A stretch of 64,000 nucleotides of DNA from Candidatus Latescibacterota bacterium (GTDB lineage Bacteria > Latescibacterota > UBA2968 > UBA8231): positions 3,829,319-3,893,318 of the forward strand of contig OZ244235.1 in NCBI GenBank assembly GCA_965217095.1, written 5' to 3'. Positions 31,076 through 39,645 of the stretch are shown one piece after another. Within the stretch, counting starts at the first letter, position 1. Each line of letters begins with the position of its first letter. The translations under genes and the position numbers were made by a program. The notes beneath the pieces are model-generated. The model saw only the letters and a program-made list of their open reading frames with translations. It was not told the origin of the DNA and ran no database searches.

Positions 31076-31267
31076 TTACGGCAAATGTGACAGCCGCGCC
31101 TCCAAAGCGGCTAGATGTTTCTGGAGGGCAGCGATCTGTTCTCGTTGCACCTCGGTCTGAGCTTCCTTCTTCTACACCTTCTCGTAGAGTCCTTAAATGG
31201 CTGCCAGCGCGATCCCTGGTGGATCAATCGTAAAAACCCTCGTGCCGCTTGCCCCTACTCCAAATAC
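31076..31267 (-). pseudogene. peptidase S74 (tail-fibre intramolecular chaperone) C-terminal remnant
   Basis: FGVG...TIDPPGIALAAI*GLYEKV*KKE...LAALEARL*: S74-like tail plus coiled coil, two in-frame stops. Confidence 0.65.
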
Positions 31268-31395
31268 ATGCAGGGTGGAGTTTCACGGATCGCCTAAAGA
31301 CGTACTGGAGTTGCTCAGGCCGGTCCTCGTGTTCTCCAAAAAACTCGTTTAGCGGATGACGTAAATGAGTCGCTAAGACTTTGTCCATGCGTGCG

Positions 31396-32177
31396 CTACT
31401 CGACCTGCGTACGGTCCGCGACTTCGCAGTGGAATATTTCCTCGTCGGATGGGATACCCATCCTACGCAAACTGCCCGGCCCCAAGATAGCTTCTGCAGA
31501 TACGACGCTGACTCGGAATCCAGCCTGCTCAATCCGATCGAGGAAGTCGCGGCCGTACAGGCGAACATGATCGTGTTGGCCATATAGCTTCTGCCGCTCC
31601 CTCGGATCGGTAACCGTCGGGTCTTCCTCCGTGGACCCTGTACTCCAGATAGGGACCTGAATCAAGCCCCATCCTCCCGGTCGAAGCACGCGCCGCAGTT
31701 CCCGCAATGCCAGCCGGTCGTCGCTAACGTGCTCCAGGACATGACTACAATGAACAATGTCGAAGGACCCATCGCGGAAGGGCAGCTGTAAAATGTCCGA
31801 CTTCACATCAACGTAGCGGCTTAGTAGATCCGACGAGACACGACGCAAGTGTGGGAGGCGTGAGAACCTCTCCTCGAGGCCCATTTCGGGGGCGAAGTGT
31901 AGCATGGAAAAAGCACTAGAAGTGAGTTTCGTTTTCTCTTTGTAGTACAGCCAGTACAGCCTGTGCCTCTCCATCGACTCGCAGATTGGACACATGGCGT
32001 CCTGGCGGACCTTCAATCCCGTCCGTGGGGCAGGAAGCGGCTGACGTGCGAATCGCAGACGGGGCAGTAGAACCGTTTCCCTCTGTATTTCCATCGCTTG
32101 GCACTCCATTTGAGGCATCGGTACAACGGGAACAGGAGGCGCCGCGCAAGGCGATTGTCAAGAATCCCGAAGATCAT
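31396..32177 (-). pseudogene. Zn-ribbon class I SAM methyltransferase, frameshifted near 32020
   Basis: MIFGIL...FYCPVC..RFLPHG shifts to CPICESMERHR...LHFAPE...HVLEHV. Confidence 0.8.
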
Positions 32178-32812
32178 CTCATGTTGGCGGTAGATCGTCC
32201 AGTTTTTTCAGGCACACGAAGAAAAGCCTGTCCGAATCTTCAAGAACAAAATCGAAAACCCAGGTCGATAATTCCATTTATGATAAGTAAAACAAAAGCC
32301 CAGTTCTTCAGCACAAGGACAAAGAAGATTCTTGACAAGGTATCGCCAAAGTGTCAACTGTTGATACCAACAGGCTAGCCACATCCCGCGCTTGCGGGCC
32401 ATATTCTGCGTAGCTTTCGGGCTTATCGCACACCAACGACCCCGTGGCAGCTTCTCCGAATACGATGAGGAGGAGATCCGAAGGTTGCGAAAAGATTTGG
32501 AACAATTGACAGGCGAGTCGCAGACTGAGTAACACCCAGGCGATAGCCGAAGGGAATCCTTCGCCAACTTTGCGAAGATGCCAGATGCGTTCAAAGGGCC
32601 TGTGTCCGCACCGTCCCTCTTCTCTATCCGACTTGAGATGCGCTTTCAAGGACAGGTGTGTTGTCATGGCACTGGTTTCTTCTACCAGCCTCCTCGGTGC
32701 ATGGTGTCGTCCCGACTGCCGCAGTGGCAGTTGGGTGAAGAACGGGTGAAAATGTTGCCCGACGAGACTTCGAATTGAGACTTATATAATCGGCATAAGT
32801 CTTTGTTTTGAT

Positions 32813-32901
32813 TGGTGCCGAGGGCCGGGCTCGAACCGGCACGACCGATAACGGCCAACGGATTTTAAGTCCGTCGCGTCTACCAATTCCGCCACCCCGG
32901 C
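32813..32901 (-). tRNA. tRNA-Leu(TAA)
   Basis: GCCGGGGTGGCGGAATTGGTAGACGC...CT-TAA-AA...long variable arm...GGTTCGAGCCC...CCA. Confidence 0.95.
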
Positions 32902-32922
32902 ACGATCATCAAGATATAAAAA

Positions 32923-32997
32923 TGGAGGCGACGCCCGGACTCGAACCGGGGAATAAGGGCTTTGCAGGCCCCTGCCTTACCACTTGGCCACGTCGCC
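32923..32997 (-). tRNA. tRNA-Cys(GCA)
   Basis: GGCGACGTGGCCAAGTGGTAAGGC...CT-GCA-AA...GGTTCGAGTCC...TCCA. Confidence 0.95.
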
Positions 32998-33031
32998 TCG
33001 TGCAAAAATTGCCTCGATTTTAGCGGAACCG

Positions 33032-33060
33032 AAAATAGCCGGCGCCCTGAAACATGTCAA
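33032..33060 (-). promoter_or_regulatory. tRNA operon promoter
   Basis: TTGACA-17-TATTTT followed by a GC-rich discriminator. Confidence 0.7.
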
Positions 33061-33139
33061 TCCCGCCACGGTGTCCGAAGTATTCCAATTTCCTATATTA
33101 GAGACGTCCTACCTCCAGATCTCCCGCAGGTGAGAAGCC

Positions 33140-33934
33140 ATGAAACAGTACCTCGATCTGGTCTCCAATATTCTCGAGAATGGCGCCGAGAAAACAGACC
33201 GCACCGGCGTCGGCACCCTGGCCGTATTCGGCCACCAAATGCGCTTCGATCTAGGGGATGGATTTCCTTGCGTGACCACCAAGAAACTGCACATGCGATC
33301 GATCATTCGCGAGTTGCTTTGGTTTTTGAGGGGCGACACCAACGTCGCCTACCTGCAGAAGAACAACGTCTCTATTTGGGACGAGTGGGCGGATGAAAAC
33401 GGCGACTTGGGCCCGGTCTACGGCAAGCAGTGGCGCGCCTGGGAGGCCGCCGACGGCAACCAGATCGATCAGATCCAGCGCGTTATAGACCTGATCCGTT
33501 TCGACCCCGATTCACGCCGCATGCTGGTAAGCGCCTGGAACGTGGGTGAGCTAGACCTCATGGCGCTCACACCGTGTCACTGTCTCTTTCAATTCTTCGT
33601 CGCCAATGGACGGCTCAGCTGCCAGCTCTATCAACGCAGCTGCGACGTGGGTCTGGGCGTGCCGTTCAACGTCGCCAGCTACAGTCTGCTCACCATGATG
33701 ATCGCCCAGGTGTGTGAGCTGAAACCGGGCGAGTTTGTATGGACCGGGGGCGATGCCCACATCTATCTAAACCACGTGGATGCTTTGCGGGTACAGCTGA
33801 CCCGTGAACCTCGGGAGCTTCCCCGCATGGCGATCGCCGCCCGTGGCCAGGATATCTCTCACTTTCGCTACGACGATTTCAAGCTTCTTCAGTACGACCC
33901 CCATCCGCCCATATCGATGGAAATTGCCGTCTGA
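33140..33934 (+). CDS. thyA: thymidylate synthase
   Basis: [26 protein letters not shown]...PFN. Confidence 0.97.
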   Translation: MKQYLDLVSNILENGAEKTDRTGVGTLAVFGHQMRFDLGDGFPCVTTKKLHMRSIIRELLWFLRGDTNVAYLQKNNVSIWDEWADENGDLGPVYGKQWRAWEAADGNQIDQIQRVIDLIRFDPDSRRMLVSAWNVGELDLMALTPCHCLFQFFVANGRLSCQLYQRSCDVGLGVPFNVASYSLLTMMIAQVCELKPGEFVWTGGDAHIYLNHVDALRVQLTREPRELPRMAIAARGQDISHFRYDDFKLLQYDPHPPISMEIAV

Positions 33935-34794
33935 GCTCCTCGTCTGAAACCACCGTTGCGGTTCAGGGTGAGCTGGGTTCTTTCAGCGAGCTGGCAGCGT
34001 TCGAGTTCTTTTCGCCGGACGTTCCGATTATTCCCTGCGAGACCTTTGCAGATCTGTTTGAAGCGGTAGGCAACGGCCGCGCTGCTTACGGCATGGCTCC
34101 CGTGGAAAACTCTCTGGCCGGCAGCATCGACCCCGTTTGGGATCTGCTGGTTTCGCGCCGACCCTTCGTTGCAGGAGAGCTCTACCTGCGTATCGAGCAC
34201 TGTCTCATTGGCCACCCGGGAACGGAGCTCGACGCCGTGCGCCGCATCTACTCCCACCAGCAGGCGTTAGCCCAGTGTCAGGAGTTCGTTCAGGGTCTTG
34301 CTGGTGTTGTTGAAGAGGAGTTCTACGACACTGCCGGCGCGGTGAAAATGATCAAGGAGCGCGGTAACGCCGAGGACGCGGCCATCGCTTCAGCCCAGGC
34401 TGCGACTGACTACGAGATGCAGATTCTGGCGGCAAACATTCAGACAAATCACCAGAACTTCACCCGCTTCCTGGTTATCACCGATCGTGCTGTTGAAGCT
34501 GACGCGAAACCGTCGAAGTCGACGGTCGTGCTAAAGGCCGACCTCTCCACCGTCTCCGCGTCGAAGCTGTTGGCGACGCTGTCGCGAAATGGCATCGCCG
34601 TGAGCAAGCTCGAAACCCGCAAGTGTCTGGGCGAACCCTGGCGGTATCTCGTCTATCTGGATATTGAGGGGGATGTTGTGGAGGGTCCGATCGATGCCAC
34701 CTTGGGGGAATTGAAATCGCTCGTCATGGATGTTCACGTGGTGGGCTCTTATCCCCCCGGAACGCAGAGCGAGGCGCGGTTGCACCGACAGTAG
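33931..34794 (+). CDS. pheA: prephenate dehydratase (PDT+ACT), probable CTG start
   Basis: [10 protein letters not shown] upstream in frame, [19 protein letters not shown]. Confidence 0.85.
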   Translation: MSSSSETTVAVQGELGSFSELAAFEFFSPDVPIIPCETFADLFEAVGNGRAAYGMAPVENSLAGSIDPVWDLLVSRRPFVAGELYLRIEHCLIGHPGTELDAVRRIYSHQQALAQCQEFVQGLAGVVEEEFYDTAGAVKMIKERGNAEDAAIASAQAATDYEMQILAANIQTNHQNFTRFLVITDRAVEADAKPSKSTVVLKADLSTVSASKLLATLSRNGIAVSKLETRKCLGEPWRYLVYLDIEGDVVEGPIDATLGELKSLVMDVHVVGSYPPGTQSEARLHRQ

Positions 34795-34810
34795 CAACCC
34801 GTGTTCGCGT

Positions 34811-35182
34811 TCAATCTTCAGTCACGTGGCGCACCCCGGGCGATTCGCTGTCGATACGCCAGACCCCTTTCGCACCATCCCCATCCAGATCGGCTCTCAC
34901 GCTTATCTCGAAGCGGTTCCAACCCGCCTCCACCTCCCAGCGGTAACTTTCGATCCACTTCCAGTCCAACCCGGTCGCCGGATCGGTGGGATCAAAGAAG
35001 TGTTTGTGTTCCCGCCGATGCGCCAGCTCCAGCTCGCGGAGTTGCTCGAGGCCGGCCTCCAGTTGAATCTGGCGCCGCTCCGCCGTATCGATGCCGGAGT
35101 GGGTGACAACACCGGCGGCGATCAGGATAGTCAGCAAGACCAGCGTTTCCAGCCGGTTGTACCATCGACCGGACATCGCCAT
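34811..35182 (-). CDS. small membrane-anchored pilin-like protein
   Basis: N-terminal hydrophobic helix, ADLDGDG..VW.ID tail; abuts upstream gene. Confidence 0.55.
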   Translation of the reverse strand: MAMSGRWYNRLETLVLLTILIAAGVVTHSGIDTAERRQIQLEAGLEQLRELELAHRREHKHFFDPTDPATGLDWKWIESYRWEVEAGWNRFEISVRADLDGDGAKGVWRIDSESPGVRHVTED

Positions 35183-36817
35183 CTATCTCAACTCCATATC
35201 CACATCCGACTCCAAGGCACCCCGGCCCAGAACTACCGGCGGCGAATAACGACCGTAGGGCTCCGACATCCGGTACGGTTTGGTAAGACCGCCGTCGTGT
35301 TTGCCATTCCCGTTGGTGTCGACAAAGCTGTACAAGACATAGTCGCACGGCAACAGGCCGACGAGCTCGTAGTTGCCATCCGCCGCTGCGGTCGTGGGGT
35401 GAGTACGATCGTTTTTCTGACAAATAGCTTCGACCAAAACGTCGGCATCGGTCGAGTTTTCGCCGCTTGCGTCGGCGTCCGAGTTCACAACCACGACCTT
35501 GCCCGTGATGCCGCCGAGGTCGGTCTCTTCCAGCGCCGAAAAGTTGTAGGTGTAAACGCTGTCTCGCGAACTGAGCCCCACCAGGTCCGCCAATAGTTTG
35601 GGGTTCACCTCGAGGCGATGGGTTCCGACGGCCCATGGGGCTGCGGGAGAGAAACGGAACGAGGTGGCTGAGTCTCGCTCCCATCGGCCCTCGACGACCT
35701 CCGTGGAATCGGAGTCGTTCCAGAGGTCGGCGAGGTTGTCCACTTCGACAGCCTCATTCATGACAAGATGCAGTGGCTGATCACCGACCACCTGACCCGG
35801 GGACAGGAACGAGCGCACAACCTCCGGAGATTTCCTGTCCTCGCGGGCGCTGCCGCGGATCGGCTCATCCCATTCAAGTTCCCGGGAATAAACGTGCAGT
35901 TTGATGCGGTACGACTTTCCGGCCACTTGCGCTGAGGTTGCGAGGTACACCTTGCGACGATCTGTTGGCGAGTTGTAGATGGAGAGAATCTCCAGATCGG
36001 GCAAAACCACTTCCACATGTCTGGCTTCGACCTCGCCGGAGAAAATTAACAGAAGCCGGTTTCGGTCTAGTGCCTGTACCTTCTGGAGCTTCGTTTCCGT
36101 CCTCTCTACCTGGTACAAAAGGAGATCCCCCGCACGGGTTTCCCCATCTTCGCCGACGTCGAGGTCCCGCGAAGGCAAGGCGGCCTGCTCGGTTTGATCG
36201 AGCTCGTCGTTGCGATTGTCATCTTTGAATGCGACGATGCGGTAGATCCCCGCCGAGAGACGAAGAAATTCGTAACCGCCACCTTGCCCGCTCTGAGTGC
36301 GATAGGCAGGAGACGCCCGTCCGACTTCACCTTCAACGTTCTCGATGTCGTACGCCCAGATCATGACGCCGCTTACTGGCAGGTGATCCTTGAATACGAA
36401 CCCGGAAACGCTTGCCTGATTCAACCGATCTCCAGTGCCGAAGGCAAAACTGTAGGACTCCGCCAGCGGGTTGTTGCGCAAGTCGCGCGCTCCGGTCCCG
36501 ACGGTGACGACGTAGGTGCGATCTGCTTGAAGGGGGCGCTTGAATCGCAGGACCAGCTGTCGTCCACCGAAACCGGACCACTGGAACTCGATCGGGGATT
36601 CGGGAGATACGAAGATGGCCTCGACCGTACGCAGGCGATCCATGCGCTCGCTGAAAAGGATCTCGACCCGTGCGTCGAAGGCAACGCGAATGGCATCAGC
36701 GGCGGGCGCATGGGAGACGATGGTAGGAGCGGCCTCGTCCACGGGGCCGCCCGGGGGTTTGCCTACCTTGGCGCAGGCTCCCAGAAAGGCCAGGCCGATG
36801 TAGGCAAGGAGACGCAT
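35183..36817 (-). CDS. Ig-like (Big_5) domain lipoprotein
   Basis: Lipobox LGAC, CA...PPGGPVD, FSERMD, DxNxN motifs. Confidence 0.8.
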   Translation of the reverse strand: MRLLAYIGLAFLGACAKVGKPPGGPVDEAAPTIVSHAPAADAIRVAFDARVEILFSERMDRLRTVEAIFVSPESPIEFQWSGFGGRQLVLRFKRPLQADRTYVVTVGTGARDLRNNPLAESYSFAFGTGDRLNQASVSGFVFKDHLPVSGVMIWAYDIENVEGEVGRASPAYRTQSGQGGGYEFLRLSAGIYRIVAFKDDNRNDELDQTEQAALPSRDLDVGEDGETRAGDLLLYQVERTETKLQKVQALDRNRLLLIFSGEVEARHVEVVLPDLEILSIYNSPTDRRKVYLATSAQVAGKSYRIKLHVYSRELEWDEPIRGSAREDRKSPEVVRSFLSPGQVVGDQPLHLVMNEAVEVDNLADLWNDSDSTEVVEGRWERDSATSFRFSPAAPWAVGTHRLEVNPKLLADLVGLSSRDSVYTYNFSALEETDLGGITGKVVVVNSDADASGENSTDADVLVEAICQKNDRTHPTTAAADGNYELVGLLPCDYVLYSFVDTNGNGKHDGGLTKPYRMSEPYGRYSPPVVLGRGALESDVDMELR

Positions 36818-36820
36818 GCG

Positions 36821-38131
36821 TCAGAGCACATAACGGCTAAGGTCGTCGTCTTCGAGGACATCTTTAAGTTTTTTCACCACGTACGATTTGGTAATTCGCA
36901 GCGTCTTTTTGCGCGCGCCTGGTGCATCGAAGAGGATCTGATCCAGCAGTGTGGACATGACCGTGTGCAGCCGGCGGGCCCCGATGTTTTCCATTTGCAG
37001 ATTTATCTCGAACGCAATGCGGGCGATCTCTCGCACCGCCGCCGCCTCGAAGGTCAGTCTAACCCCCTCCGTGGCCAGCAACGCGGTATACTGTTTGATC
37101 AAGGCATTCTTCGGTTTGTCCAGGATGCGGACGAAGTCCCCTTGCTCAAGCGCGTCGAGCTCGACTCGAATGGGAAAGCGGCCCTGAAGCTCGGGGATCA
37201 TGTCGGAAGGTTTCGAGGTGTGAAAGGCGCCGGCTGCCACAAAGAGGATGTGGTCGGTCCGAACCATGCCGTATTTTGTAGCCACGTTGCAACCCTCGAT
37301 GATCGGCAGCAGGTCCCGTTGCACCCCTTCCCTGGAAATGTCGGGGCCATTCTTGGCTGGCTCACCGGCGATCTTGTCGATCTCATCCAGAAAAACGATA
37401 CCCGCGTTGGTAACCCGCTCGATCGCCTCGGCCACCACCTGGTCGCGATCGATCCGTTTTTGAGTTTCCTCCTGGGTCAGAAGATGCCGGGCGTCGGCCA
37501 ATGAAACCTGCCGCTCCTTGCGTGCCGGGGGGGTCATCTCCGTCAGCATTTCCTGCAGGTTGATACTCATCTCTTCCAGGTTGCCCGCCGTCGAAAAAAC
37601 CTCCACCATCGGGGTGCGATCCTTCGGCACCTCGATCTGTAAGGACTGTTGGTCCAGCTTTCCAGAGCGCAGCTGTCGCCGCAGCTGGTCCCGGCGGCGT
37701 TTCGCCTTTCCTTTGGTCGCGTCCGACAGCAGGTCCAACAATCGCCCCTCCACCTTTACTGTAACCTCGGCCTCCACCGCGTCCACATATTCGGCGCGCA
37801 CCATGTTCACGCCCAGATCCACGAGGTCGCGAATGATCGATTCCACATCCCGACCTACGTAACCGACCTCCGTGAATTTCGAGGCCTCCACTTTGATAAA
37901 CGGCGCGTTGGTGAGCCCAGCCAGTCGCCGGGCGATCTCCGTCTTCCCGACACCGGTTTGACCGATCATGATGATGTTGTTGGGTACGATCTCCGTGCGC
38001 ATCTCCTCGCCGACGCGCTGCCGACGCCACCTGTTTCGCAGGGCGATGGCAACCGATCGTTTCGCTTTCTCCTGGCCGACGATGTATCGATCCAGCTCGG
38101 TGACGATCTGCTTTGGTGTCAGTTCCTTCAT
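36821..38131 (-). CDS. hslU: HslU ATPase
   Basis: GxTGVGKTEIARR, EASKFTEVGYVG, PELQGRFP. Confidence 0.97.
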   Translation of the reverse strand: MKELTPKQIVTELDRYIVGQEKAKRSVAIALRNRWRRQRVGEEMRTEIVPNNIIMIGQTGVGKTEIARRLAGLTNAPFIKVEASKFTEVGYVGRDVESIIRDLVDLGVNMVRAEYVDAVEAEVTVKVEGRLLDLLSDATKGKAKRRRDQLRRQLRSGKLDQQSLQIEVPKDRTPMVEVFSTAGNLEEMSINLQEMLTEMTPPARKERQVSLADARHLLTQEETQKRIDRDQVVAEAIERVTNAGIVFLDEIDKIAGEPAKNGPDISREGVQRDLLPIIEGCNVATKYGMVRTDHILFVAAGAFHTSKPSDMIPELQGRFPIRVELDALEQGDFVRILDKPKNALIKQYTALLATEGVRLTFEAAAVREIARIAFEINLQMENIGARRLHTVMSTLLDQILFDAPGARKKTLRITKSYVVKKLKDVLEDDDLSRYVL

Positions 38132-38667
38132 AGCTCGAGGATCTTGATCTGGCTGTTGGTATAGATGCAGAGATCCGCTGCCACCTTCAGCGAGCGGCGC
38201 ACGATCTCAGAGGCGGTGAGTTTTGTCGCGTCCACGTACGCCCGCGCCGCGGCCACCGCGTACGGTCCGCCCGATCCGATGCCGAGGATATCGTCGTCCG
38301 GGGCGAGCAGATCGCCTTCACCCGAGATCAACAGGGAGCGCTTCTTGTCCATGGCGACGATCATCGCTTCCAGCCGTCGGAGATAGCGATCGGTACGCCA
38401 TTCTCGCGCCAGCTCGTGGGCGGCACGCTCGAGATTTCCGTTGAACTCCTCCAGGCGCTGCTCGAGGAGATCCAGCAGGGTAAGGGCGTCGGAGGTGCCG
38501 CCGGCGAAACCGGTCAGGACAGAGTCATTGAACAGCTTGCGGATCTTCGACGTCTTGTGTTTCAGTACCACCTCGCCGTAGCTGACCTGGCCGTCGCCAC
38601 CCATAACCACCTTGCCCCTCAACCGCAGACCAAGCACGGTCGTGCCGTGAATCGCATCTTTCTTCAT
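38128..38667 (-). CDS. hslV: HslV protease
   Basis: HGTT, GDGQV, WRTDRYLRRLEA, GSGG. Confidence 0.95.
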   Translation of the reverse strand: MKKDAIHGTTVLGLRLRGKVVMGGDGQVSYGEVVLKHKTSKIRKLFNDSVLTGFAGGTSDALTLLDLLEQRLEEFNGNLERAAHELAREWRTDRYLRRLEAMIVAMDKKRSLLISGEGDLLAPDDDILGIGSGGPYAVAAARAYVDATKLTASEIVRRSLKVAADLCIYTNSQIKILEL

Positions 38668-38677
38668 CGGAGAATCC

Positions 38678-39613
38678 TCACGCCCTCGGATGGGCGTTGG
38701 CGTAGATTTCCTGCAGGCGGTCCGGATCGGGTCGAGCGTAGCGTTTCGTAGCTCCCAGCGTCCCGTGGCCCAGCAGTTCCTTCACCGACGTCAGATCGGC
38801 GCCGGCATCCAGCATGTGACGGGTGAAACTGTGGCGCAAAACCTGTGGGCTCAAGCCGTTGGCCTCCACCACCGCGCCCAGGTAGCGATTGACGATACGC
38901 TGCACGGTGCGTACGTGCAAGCGCTTGCCCGACGTATTCAGGAAGAGGGCACCAGCGTCCACCTGCGTGATCTCCAATCCCACTACGAGGTCGGTGCGCT
39001 GTAACAGGTAATGGCTCAGCGCTTTGTACGCTGGCTCGCCTACAGGCACGATGCGTTCGAACCGGTCCGTGCCGACGCGCACGGTACCTCCGCTCTCCTC
39101 CAGGGCCGACAGATTCAGTCCCACCAGCTCACGCAGCCGGATCCCGCCGCCGTAGAACATCTCCATGATCGCCCGGTCTCGCGCCCCGCGAAAATCGTCG
39201 CTGGGAGGGAGAAGGATCGCGCGCTCGAATTCCGCGAGTTTGATGGTGTTGGGCAGACTGAACGTCGTTTCCGGAGTCGGCAATCCCGCCGCCGGGTTGG
39301 CAGGCACGACCCCCTCGCGGCAAAGATACCGGAAGAGGGCACGAACGGCTGCCAATTTCCGCGCCTGCGTGGAGGTTTTGAGCCCGTTCGCCTGCAGCTC
39401 CGCCATGAACTCGCGAATCGTCTGGCGCTCCACGGACGCTACGGGAAGCCGGATGTCGGCTAGGCGCGGCAAGAGGTAGCGAGTGAACTGATGCAGATCG
39501 CAACGATACGCTGCCAGCGTATTGGCGGCAAAATTGCGGTCGGCGGCCAGGTAATCGAGAAAGCGGTCAGCCGCTTCTTCGATGCCCGATGAGGCAGTGA
39601 GCGTTGGGTGCAT
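38678..39613 (-). CDS. xerC: XerC-type tyrosine recombinase (divergent active site)
   Basis: RDRAI.E..Y..G.R, LRHSF, LLGH..Y; topA-xerC-hslVU synteny. Confidence 0.82.
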   Translation of the reverse strand: MHPTLTASSGIEEAADRFLDYLAADRNFAANTLAAYRCDLHQFTRYLLPRLADIRLPVASVERQTIREFMAELQANGLKTSTQARKLAAVRALFRYLCREGVVPANPAAGLPTPETTFSLPNTIKLAEFERAILLPPSDDFRGARDRAIMEMFYGGGIRLRELVGLNLSALEESGGTVRVGTDRFERIVPVGEPAYKALSHYLLQRTDLVVGLEITQVDAGALFLNTSGKRLHVRTVQRIVNRYLGAVVEANGLSPQVLRHSFTRHMLDAGADLTSVKELLGHGTLGATKRYARPDPDRLQEIYANAHPRA

Positions 39614-39645
39614 CCAGCGTGATCGCGGTATGGATCAAGGTGGCG

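Noticed and set aside
32390-32532. Short acidic/helical reading frame (...SEYDEEEIRRLRKDLEQLTGESQTE*)
   Set aside because: No credible start or recognisable family; cannot be supported as a gene or integrase remnant
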